DNA of 64,000 nt, taken from Psammoneis japonica (lineage: Eukaryota). Each line of letters opens with the position of its first letter. Within the stretch, counting starts at the first letter, position 1. Positions 26,647 through 36,841 of this stretch are shown piece after piece. Below the pieces are notes generated by a model, which was not told where the DNA came from, did not search any database, and saw only the letters and a program-made list of their open reading frames with translations. Position numbers and translations under genes: made by a program. The stretch spans positions 367,598 through 431,597 of the forward strand of contig QPGO01000028.1 in the NCBI GenBank assembly GCA_008632985.1. Direction: 5' to 3'.

Positions 26647-28686
26647 TCATGATTGAAGGGAAATGATCATCTTGGGCTTGGTGCGCATTTGCACACGACC
26701 TTTTGTAAAGTTCTCTTCAAAGCATGGATTGCATCGGTCCGTCGCAATTTGGGCTCCTCTTCCCCGCTTTGGAGGGCGGCAATCCACAACTGTGTCCCCG
26801 CTCGCGCTGTGCATGGCATGCTGTGCACAGACATTTTTGCGAATTGTCACCAAAATCGCGCATGTGCATGGCATGCCATGCACAACTCAATTTTTTGGCG
26901 CCTTTTGGTCACCCTGTCAATCAACTGCTTTGAAGTGTCTGGAAAGACCTCATTGTGTCAAACATGTCAGACGCCTTTGACGTTCTCATTGACCCACTTG
27001 AAACGGTTGATGTGGCACACGTGCAATGAGATTCAGCGATGCACGCAGAAATGATGTAGAAAAATGCTTGTGCAACTCCTCGCACAAAAGCTGCGCGTTG
27101 GCCTCGCCAACAAGTGACTCCACTTCCAAGGTCATTGGAACAAGAAAGCTGCCATTTTAAAGGCTGTCCATCAAACATGCTAGCAAGCATTGACTCATCG
27201 TCAACAAACGCTATCCATGTCCTGCAGAAACGAGGCACTTGGAACTTGAGTGACTCAAACCTTGTGCATGGCATGCTGTGCACAACGTAGAATTCTGCGT
27301 AAAAAATCCCGCCAAAATTGACCAAATTCTGTGGCATTAAACAGCCATGTAAGCCCCATGGCAGAAGCTGTCCTTTTCAGCCTGTTTCGACCGTCGAGTG
27401 TGCTGAAAGGTTCGGCATGTCTCAAGAAATGTAATGTCTCGGGGAAGTTTCGCGACACCTCTGAAACATTGTGCATGGCATGCCATGCACAGTGCGCGCG
27501 GAGTGGGGATGTGCTCCTTCGCCTGTACATTTCTGTGCTTGCCAGTGCGAGGTTTGAACCGCGCCAAGTGCTCACCGATTTTGTCACCATTCCGCAAGAG
27601 TTCTACACACCACTGCAATTCCCCAGTGACAAAGAAGTCAAGTTCACCACTGATTTCTTCTCCGTTCTCTCCGGCAGCAAACGCATTAAGCTCCGGAATG
27701 AGACAGTTTGAGTTTGTTAAGTGCATTGACATTGCTTCGTTGAAAACATGCTGAAAAGCTGCCTCCTTTGGAAAATCGTCCTGAAGACTGTCACGCAAAC
27801 GGGAAGCTGACAGCTTCTGAACGGACAAAGTGATCAAGTCATCAAGGCTGTTTGGTGCAGTCAATGCTCGCAAAGGAAAACATCTGAAGTTGTAGAACCA
27901 AAATGCAGCTTGGCAACTGAAATTCCCATCCCGTCCAAGGATTCCGGCTCGGGCACACGGAACCAACGCGTTGTCGACTACTCCACGCCCCGTTGTTGTT
28001 CTATCTGGCGTCAGGATGGCATCCACAATGCGAAGACGACCGGCTTCTGGAAGATTCTCTGGGAGCTCATAACATCTCTTCAGCAACAGAGTGCAATCAG
28101 ACGATCGAAGCTTGGTTGCTGCAGCAGCTTCGTCTTTGTTGTCGACACCCGTCTCCTTGATCCAGTCCTGTAAGAGACGCATTCCTTGCACAACCGCGCC
28201 GATGTGATGTGAGTTCTCTGCCGAGAGCTTACTTAGCATTTTGATGTTACCCAAAAACATTTCCCAATTGTGCATTGCAGGATCTGCAACATGCATCCGA
28301 TAGAGCTGATTGAGTTCATCTTCTTCGATGGACGTATGCGGACAATGCGGCAAAACCGAAAAGTGAACAGGACTTGTGTGGGTGGATAGATCATAAGTTG
28401 CAGCGATAACAACGTAAAAGGTTGTCTTACAAGTCACCGGCAAGGCTTTCACAAGTGACTGCCAGAACCCCCAATGCTCCTGTCCACACCAATTTTGAGC
28501 ATCGTCTAAAAGAAACCACGTCTCTTTATATTTTCGGCTTTTGCTTTCTTGTTCACCGTCGCTGCCGCTGCTGCCCTCTCCCTCCGTGACGCCGAGTTCC
28601 TCCATTCGCTTTTTGACGTCCGCCACTTGAGTCATCACATTTAAGACCCGGTGCAACACCTTTGTGCCATCCCTTTGTCCCCGCAA
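26647..28686 (-). pseudogene. Crinkler(CRN)-like NTPase + PD-(D/E)xK nuclease gene, split by a MITE and lacking its 5' end
   Basis: Walker B-like WFLLDDAQ; EAAFQH.F, GELDFFV, WCVELLRNGDKIGEHLARF. The C-terminal VVDCR..R...F resumes at 26790 on the far side of the MITE. Confidence 0.7.
26797..27502 (+). mobile_element. ~705-bp non-autonomous TIR element (MITE), copy A
   Basis: Termini cccgctcgcgctgtgca... / ...tgcacagtgcgcgcgg; whole-length inverted match to 34316-34463 + 43362-43926. Confidence 0.88.
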
Positions 28687-29399
28687 CTGACATGTCCTTC
28701 AGCCAATCAAAAATGTCCTCGGCCGGTGACGGTCGGCTTCAGTCGTCACTCTCGCCAGTTATTTACAGAAGCAGCTAGCGAAGCAGTGATCTCCATTTTG
28801 GGAGAAAAACAATCTAGTGGATGTGTTTCAATGATCACATCTCCGCCGCAAACCCCATCATCCGAACAAACCCTCCGTGCCTTGCCCCCCTTTTTATGTG
28901 ATGAATTCGTTTCACTCATTCTCTCTGTCGGAAAATGCCATCTGAGCAAAATGGCATAGACTTGGCACAAATTGCGTGTCGCATGATGGTCAATTGCTTC
29001 CACAGATCCGGGTCATCAACTGCGTTCATCAACGCACCATCCGCAAATTTGGATTGCCGCAAACACCCACATGAATCCAATGGACAAAAAAAGTGTGTGT
29101 GTTGTGAAAGTTCACATTGCTTTAGCGACAAGTGACATGGCTGCTGTGCTCGCCAAAATTGCCAATGTTTTTAATCGTGAAATGTCAATGGAGAGTTTGT
29201 TGCGGAACGACATTGACTGATCACAAGTGATCATGAGCGAGCCAAACTGATCAAAACCAATCAAAAGCAATCACAGACAATCAAGACAAATGAGTGTCCA
29301 CAGACAAACTGAAACTGCAGCCCTTCAAATCTGACCATCACCCTCTGCCCAGTTGAATGACATCATTGACGGAAAATTGTTTTGTCCTCCGTTCAACCA

Positions 29400-30400
29400 A
29401 AACGAAGCTTCACAAAATCAAAGAACACCAACCATGGTCGTTGTTGTCTTGCCGCAGGATTTCCTCAAAGCAGGCCTTGATTCTGTTGGTTTCAATCAAG
29501 GGGAGGTAAAACCTGGAGTGGCTGCACTCTTCACTGCGGCAACCATGGTTTTGCTTTTGGGGCTTTGCTGGCTGTTTTTTGAGCAAAACAGTTTGAAGTT
29601 GATGTCAGTCAATGTGTCCTTTCCATCTTCTCATGTTGATGATTTTTTTTTGCACAAACAGACAGCTGAGCCATTGGATGACAAAACCCAGAGCAACGAC
29701 TTGTGCGCGAAATCAAGAAAATCGCAGTTCTTTGTTTTTGCATGCAAGGTGCATTTTGCAGTGCTGCCTGTGTGGGAACATGCTGGCTGAAGAGCACCAA
29801 GCCACCAAAAAGCTTCACCTGACAATGAAAATGAAAGTTTGGTGCCACTGCTTCTCATTCAGCCATCCATGATGATGTCATGGTCAAACAAACCCAACAA
29901 TCAACAACTGTGGAAAGAGATCCGGCATCTGCACAGTGCCGCAGGGAGACATTTTGTGATTGATTGTTGCACCACCCCAAGACAGAATTCAGGGCATGGC
30001 TGATCATTCATCAGGGCAGGCTGCAATGAGCAGAAAGCCTTTCACTGTGTTCTTGCAAAAAACTTGTGCTTGTGCTTGTGGATTTGGTTGCCATGCAACC
30101 CTGAAAAAAAGACTAGAATGTGCTGCATCATGGCCAACCCCTCTTGGCCGTCACATTGGTTGTCAGAGCTTTGTTTCCTGGCACTGAAAATCACGTGGAA
30201 ATTGCACAGAAAATGATTTTTGTTCGGCTCAATGGGGTGAAACTTTGTCTTAGAACCACCCTCTGTTTTGACCATTTGCATCGTTGGAAAGCTCTTTCAC
30301 TCCACTTTTCAGTCATGTGTTTTTTGCAAAAAGTTGGAAAAGTCAATTTCCCATGTTTTGTCATCCAGTGGTTCAGCTGGCTGTTCTTCACATGGGAGCC
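29400..30400. mobile_element. Probable DNA-transposon relic (possibly PIF/Harbinger-like) with an internal inverted repeat
   Basis: MVVVVLPQDFLKAGLDSVGF fragment; 29660-29690 matches 30352-30382 in inverted orientation. Confidence 0.3.
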
Positions 30401-30419
30401 ACACACTCAACTTTCAAAA

Positions 30420-30530
30420 CCAATCACAAGCAACCACACAAGCAAGAAAAAGTGGCAAGTGAGAAAAAGCAATCACAAGTGAGAAAAAGCAAACACAAGC
30501 AAGAAAAAGCAACCACAAGCAATCAACAGC
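30420..30530 (+). repeat. Degenerate ~20-bp tandem repeat (caagYRagaaaaagcaaHca)
   Basis: About 4 imperfect copies are directly visible. Confidence 0.7.
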
Positions 30531-31839
30531 CCTCACAACTTGCAACACAAACAGATGCAACAAATGAAAAATTTGTTGACAATGTGTTCTTTGCCAAACA
30601 AGACCAATTTTCAACAGACAATCGCTGTGAACTGTGTGACACAAATGACTGAAATTTCCATTGGATTTGTGTGAATGTCCACAATGGACAAAAATTTGTG
30701 GACGGCACCACCAGTTTCACCCAACTTGCACAGCAAACTGCTCCTTCCCACAGAAGTGTGCACATTTTTTGCACCAGTTTGCCATTTGCTTTGTCATGAA
30801 TCATGATTCCTTCGAGGTGCGCCATGGTCTCTTTTGCTTGCCACTTGTGCTGCTTTGCTCTCAGTTTGATCAACTGCACATTGTCCATCTCAGTCATTTG
30901 TTCTGGACATGTCTGCAATTGTGACAAGCATTGGTGTGCACAAGGGTCTGTCTGTGATGCTTTTTTTGTGGAAAAGCTCACGGCCAATGTGAAGTCCAGC
31001 ACATGGTTGGTGGCTGGCAAGCCGAGCTGACAAGAGCCGTGTTTTTGCACCACACCTTGAACGCGAGGGTTGATGGACCTGGGTGAGTGTGGTGCCAAGA
31101 GCATTGTTCTGGTGACAGCTTGCATCATGTGTCTTGTCATTGACCAATCCAACCAATTGTCCCACCATGTTCAGTTGCCAGAAGTGCTTTTTTGAGCTGT
31201 TGCCATGCGCCACCCATCTCGGCCAGTGTTGCCCCTCTGACTCTGAAGAGTTGTGTGAATGATCTCTTTGGTCCAGTGCTTCAAATCATGAAACTTTTGA
31301 CCTTTGACGATGCCTGGAATCAATGATTGAGAGCGCGGCTTGGCCTCGTCTCTCTTTGCCGAACAGCGCTGCTTGGTTGAGCGTGCCACGCAGAGATTTG
31401 CTCTTTGGAGAAACGTGTGCCAATTGCTTTCACTTTTAAGATGTTCATGGATTTCATGCCAGATGGCAGTGGTGGCAATGATGGAAAGCATGGACTCTGA
31501 ACTTGTGTTTTTCCCCACTTTCCCGCCATCTTCATGCGCGACTTGAGACCGCGCGCGCGATCATTGATTTTCTTGTGGTTACGTGGTGCCTTTAGGGCTA
31601 CAGCACCGTACGTGGACATGGCCCAAAACCTGCGTACGTTAGAATCTTTCGTCGGACAGACTACCCTCCAAGCACCCCTGCCTGCCTATGATACCGGTAC
31701 GCCTGCGTGCTGCCCACCGCCCGCCCACCCTCCAAAAATTGGAATAGCAATGTAGACCAAAGAGGTTCACAAGAAACAACTACAACGCAAAGACAAACAG
31801 TATTCCAACAACACGCCAGTCTTAAGCCATACTATTGCT

Positions 31840-32526
31840 ATGAGCCGAAATGAAGAGATTCTGGTTCTCTTTGGATCTCAAACGGGAAATTCCGAGCAGG
31901 CCGCGCAAGACTTTTGTAACGCCGTCCCCGAAAAGCTCGGCATCACGGCTCGGCACATGCAACTCGACGACTTTTTAGAAATAGAACAAGCTCCATGGAC
32001 ACGTCTTGTTGTGATTTTCACCAGCAGTTATGGTGTGGGACAAGCACCGCTCGGGTGTTATCGGTTTCGAGACTTGTGCGATGCGCTCGTGGAGCGATAC
32101 GAGGAAACGCCTCGCTCGGAGAAAATACTCGAGGGAGTCACCTATGCCATGTGCGGTTTGGGGGATTCCATGTATACGACATTTTTTGAAAATCCAACTG
32201 TGATCGACACTGCCATGCAAGCGGCGGGGAGCAAGCGGATTGGGCCACTCGGTAAGGCAGACGCAAGTGGTCAAGGAGAAGACGATCAGCAAAAGGTTAT
32301 TCAAAATTGGATTCAAAATATATGGCCGGTGTTAAAAAAGGAACTTGCAACTGATCCGCCACCAGCAGAAAACTTGGAACGAGCCACCAAGGAGACGGTC
32401 AAAATCTGTAGTGAAATCAACCCTGAATTTGAAACGGGGCAAAGCAAGAAATCTGGTGGTTTGTCGCTTCTTGTCCCTATTGTGGTTGGAGCTGTTGCAG
32501 TTGGATGGTACTATCTACAGAAGTAA
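31840..32526 (+). CDS. Stand-alone flavodoxin-like (FMN-binding, CPR/NOS-type) protein with C-terminal TM anchor
   Basis: LFGSQTGNSE, FTSSYGVG and YAMCGLGDSMY motifs; hydrophobic tail LLVPIVVGAVAVGWYY. Intact ORF with normal TA content. Confidence 0.9.
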   Translation: MSRNEEILVLFGSQTGNSEQAAQDFCNAVPEKLGITARHMQLDDFLEIEQAPWTRLVVIFTSSYGVGQAPLGCYRFRDLCDALVERYEETPRSEKILEGVTYAMCGLGDSMYTTFFENPTVIDTAMQAAGSKRIGPLGKADASGQGEDDQQKVIQNWIQNIWPVLKKELATDPPPAENLERATKETVKICSEINPEFETGQSKKSGGLSLLVPIVVGAVAVGWYYLQK

Positions 32527-33062
32527 CAGGAGAGCTTGTCTGGAGTTTAAGGCAGGAGAGTTGCGGTTTTTCTTGCAGCAGACGCGGCAAACAGATAGCA
32601 GAGCTGGCAACACACTAATAGTCCAAGTTATGGAAGCGCTCCTACATTAGATAAGTCGAGCTACTGTCAGCTTCTCAAGTGCAAAACAAGACGCTCAGAA
32701 GGTCTCCTCCACATGCGCCATGTCCGATTGGCCATTCCATTTTGCGGTGCCCCGTCGCTTGATAGCACTGGTACCGCAGTGCAGTCCGTGATGGCGAGAA
32801 AAAGCTCATCTGTTCACCACATGCCACTGAACCTTCAACTTTACCATTACTACAAATGTCGAAGCTTTGCTGCTCGTGGACTCCTTTGGCCTTGTCCTCT
32901 GTAGCTCTGTAGGGCTCGTCGTGGGTCATTGTCTTCTTGAGACGCGAAAAATCCGGTGCGATGCCTACTACATAATTTCCTGTGCTGTGCATTCCGCATT
33001 TCTCCGGCCAGCCAACAGTGACAACGCGACAAGCATCAAAACAAGGGAAAAAAAAGTCTGAA

Positions 33063-34211
33063 CTATTGAGCCTTACATTGCAGTGTGCATGCGTAACCGG
33101 TTGAATTACCCGGGAGATCACAGATATCTTTGAAACAGGCACCCACATAAAGGCCGGAGGATGCATCGCGGGGCCCCAGGGGCCAGTCTAAGCAGAGCGC
33201 GCTTTGGAAGCGTTTGCAGCGTTGCGGGTTCATGTCGTGATCGACGGCCGTGTGCTTGACTCGGGGCCACACATATCGCGCCAAAAAGTTTTGATCGTAC
33301 GCACAGCAACCGGGCACTCTGTCGGGAAACTCCTTCAAGGCTGTTCGGACCAACTCTGTCATGGTAGTAGTAGGAGTGGTCGTATTATGACTGTGCTTTG
33401 CCGTCCCCAAAGCGCTACGTTTCATACCAAACATGCCACCCATGATCGGCACTACATGATACTCGTGATCACGCATGGTATGGAATTTCAAGTCGGAGTA
33501 GCTCATCCATTGATGGACTGCCAACAGTTCGCGTGGACTGAAGCGGCCATCGACATCACGGACAATGGTATAGTACACTGTCGGATCATCGTACGGCAAA
33601 AAGCGTACCAGCATTCTGTGTCCTGGCGATTTGATGATCCGAGCGTTGGATGCGTGACACTTGACAACCTCAACAGAATCAGTGGAGAGGTTCAAAATTT
33701 CTTGGATGGTTTCTTGCGAAAGCCCAATCGCATGCACGCGGACAACCCAATCGGGATAGTAGAGCTTGGCTCCCTCAACATTGTGCTGGAGACCTTCGAT
33801 CAGCCAGTCTGCCAATGACCCACTGTCACCGTCACTACTGAATAAAGCATAGGATATGATTTTCTTTCTCGGATTCCAAGTCTGCTTTTCACCAAGAATC
33901 TTGGTATCGCAGAATTCACCGTAGGGGCGTGCTTCTGATGCAGACGTAGCTCTGAATGATGCTGACCATTCGCTGCGGTTCAGCAGCCGTTCTGATGACG
34001 CCGCTTGTTGACATTTTTGGTTCTCGATGTTGCGGTGCTCATTGAGCAATGTAAGGTACACAAGAATATAAGCGAGCGTCACAACAAGAACACCACGCCA
34101 CCTTGGCAGTAAAGTGCGAATACGCATCAGCACTTTGCGGACGCCGCTGCCGCAGCTCTCCATCATGGTCATCCGAGCTCTCATAGCAAGCCCCTCGCTA
34201 TTGTATGGCAT
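33063..34211 (-). CDS. Type II membrane protein of an uncharacterised glycosyltransferase-like family
   Basis: N-terminal TM; KIISYALF, WVVRVH, RFLP, VRDVDGR..RE..AV..W, FHTMRDH..H..PIMGGMFG and DQNFL..YVWP. Start codon uncertain. Confidence 0.75.
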   Translation of the reverse strand: MPYNSEGLAMRARMTMMESCGSGVRKVLMRIRTLLPRWRGVLVVTLAYILVYLTLLNEHRNIENQKCQQAASSERLLNRSEWSASFRATSASEARPYGEFCDTKILGEKQTWNPRKKIISYALFSSDGDSGSLADWLIEGLQHNVEGAKLYYPDWVVRVHAIGLSQETIQEILNLSTDSVEVVKCHASNARIIKSPGHRMLVRFLPYDDPTVYYTIVRDVDGRFSPRELLAVHQWMSYSDLKFHTMRDHEYHVVPIMGGMFGMKRSALGTAKHSHNTTTPTTTMTELVRTALKEFPDRVPGCCAYDQNFLARYVWPRVKHTAVDHDMNPQRCKRFQSALCLDWPLGPRDASSGLYVGACFKDICDLPGNSTGYACTLQCKAQ

Positions 34212-35511
34212 GGAAGTTCGTTGGGAGTTTGTTCACTCCTCTCTCTCCACTCTCCACTGTTCAACGCACGATCTCGATCAAGGTGCGCGCTCCGAACGCA
34301 GCATCCGAAAAATACCCCGCGCGCACTGTGCATAGCATGCTATGCACAACGTTTCAGAGGTGTCGCGAAACTTCCCCGAGACATTACATTTCTTGAGACA
34401 TGCCGAACCTTTCAGTACACTCGACGGTCGAAACAGGCTGAAAAGAGCAGCTTCCGCCATGGGATTCGATATAGTGCGCCGCCGATTCCAATCTGGCACA
34501 GACCTGGACTGCCGCACCAAGAACCACCAAGAAGAAACTTGGCATTAGAACACTTGGGAGTCTCACAGAGCAGAGCTTTCGGTGACACTCTGCTCCGCAC
34601 AAGGGGGGTTGGGAAAAACCCATGCCCTCCGCAGGGTCTCGAGTCTAAACTCGAGGGCTCCCGAATGGGACCTGCTGGGATCCACTCAGGGTGATTCCGG
34701 CTGAGCCTGGGACGAGGTGCCTTCGGCGCTGCGCGACGTCGGCACCCCGCACGAGGTGAGTCTCGAACCGGAATCGCAGACATCGCCAGACGCTGTTCCT
34801 TTGGTTTCGTAGCAGTGCGTCATCATGAGCAGATCATTGGTGGAACTGTTCTGGACTTTGCCGGTGGACTCCCGTGGTCGAACCAGCAAAGTTGAGCACA
34901 AATCCAGGGAGTGGTGGGTGGGTTGCAAAAAGAAGCTTTTCCACTGCTTTGGTGTGATCCAGTCACGTTGATCAGGGTTCCTGTCTCAACAAAGATGGAA
35001 AAGCAAAGGCAAAAACGCCGAGCAGGTTTGACCGGTCACTGTGACCGGCAATCTTGGTCCAGAAGTGCCCTCTTCTGGAAGGGCCACAAGTCTGAGGTCT
35101 TGTCAGTTGGGGAGTCTTGCACGGCACGGTGCGTCTCCATCTAAACTTGGGCACGAGGAGGATTCGACACAGTGCGCCACCGACTCCAATCTGGCACAGA
35201 CCTGGACTGCCGCACCAAGAACCACTGAGAAGAAACTTGGTGTTAGAATGCTTGGGAGTCTCACAGAGCAGAGCTTTCGGCAACACTCTGCTCCGCACAA
35301 GGGGGGTTGGGCAAAACCCACACCCTCCGCAGGGTCTCAAGTCTAAACTCGAGGGCTCCCGAATGGGACCTGCTGGGATCCACTCAGGGCGATTCCGGCC
35401 GAACCAGCAAAGTTGAGCACAAATCCCCCCCTGTGAGAACTCCCCGGCAGTGGCCACCTGAAGAAAACGATCTAGAAACTTGAGCCGTCGGATCGAGTCG
35501 ATGATGTTGAC

Positions 35512-36814
35512 TCACATTTCCTGTGTGTATCTCAAGAAAGAAGGAAGGAGCAGTGAGACATCTGCACAGTGCTGCCTCATCTTGTGTGTGGGTCAGGCAG
35601 CTCCAACTTGTTCCTTCTTCTTCCATCGATTCACCACGTCCATGTCATCCTCTGAAACATTTCGCGAAATGGCTCGGGAATCGGACACCCGCCGAAACGA
35701 CCTGCACACGTCGCATTTATCCTCGATGTCACTGTGGGAGGTGATGTCGGCTCCAAACAGAGCCGGGTGGTTGTCGAACAGCTCTGACAAAACGAGGTGA
35801 AGGAGGGAGTTTAAATCCCGAGTGCGAACCACCTTGCCACCAGCATCGGACATGGCAGGCCCTGGGGTGCGTCCTCGCGAAGCCTGTAACGCCACAACTG
35901 CTTGGGCCCATTGCTGCAACCGAATGCCGGATCCGGTCACATTCACACTTGGGAGAAGGTGCTGCCGCTCTCCGTGTTCTCCCTTGACCCGACCAAGCAA
36001 TGGGATCACTGCGTGCGAGTCGTGGAGAGGGAGGTGCTCCCTCAGGGCTCCCAAGTCGATGAGCAACCCTTCGGGGCCCCAGAGGGAGAGCGCGAAGCTT
36101 GTGGCAAAATGGGGCCCGCCAGTCAAGTGTCTGAACCGGTCCCCAGGAGTTGTGGCTCAAAGGAACTTTTCTTTGAGCCTTGGGAGAAGGTGTTGCATGA
36201 TCTGGGCCAAAATGGCCCTGTCGGGTCTCCAGTCCTGACCCATTCGCCTCTTGCATCCTGTCATGAACCTCTGGAACCACAAGGAAGCGCACGGGTCTTC
36301 ACATGTCCAAAGGTGTTGCTTCCCTTCGAGATCCGCTAAAGCAAGAGCTCATGAGTCAGCAGAAGCTGAAGCCCTCACCTGGTTGGAACAGGCAGTTCAA
36401 AGTTTCCTGACACAGTGTCGAGCTGAGTGCAAGACCCCGAGTGCCGTCCGGGAGAGGTCAACGCCAAGACGATCTGCATTGCAACCTTGCACCGTAGCCA
36501 CAATGGTCATGAGGAGGAAGAGGCCCTGGCTCTAGATGAGGGCCGTGAAGTCCCAACCGCTCCGACAGGGCCAATCCCCGCGCCACCTTGGAGGCGTTGT
36601 TTTCCACCGCAGTGCTTTCTCTGCTCCAAAACGCATCCAGGTTTACCCGCCTGATGCAAGCCAGTGCCATCTCATCGCATGGGGAGGAGGTTCCCGGGTC
36701 TCTGTGTGACACAACTTGTGAAACATGCACGAATCGCACTCGAACGCCACCATCAGATGGTCTCCTGTTCGAGCTCGGGTGAACTTGTGTCAGTCCTGAG
36801 GCTTCCGAAACCAA
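35512..36814 (-). pseudogene. Tyrosine recombinase of the YR element
   Basis: IRRVNLDAFWSRE, LWGPEGL (LRGxEG-like), LLGRVKGE, RSFRR, VNRW and MRQHCAD (probable catalytic Tyr now Cys). Confidence 0.8.
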
Positions 36815-36841
36815 GGGTTGTCTTCAATTCGGGCTGCATCT

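Noticed and set aside
30420..30530. Regularly spaced repeats as a CRISPR-like array
   Set aside because: Plain tandem units with no unique spacers, in a eukaryotic context.
16000..31500. Many overlapping Cys/His-rich ORFs resembling zinc-finger or metal-binding proteins
   Set aside because: They are a by-product of TA loss: TAA/TAG are removed and TG/CA enrichment creates Cys, His and start codons.
32675..33166. 163-aa minus-strand ORF
   Set aside because: No recognisable motif, and it overlaps the end of the neighbouring gene.
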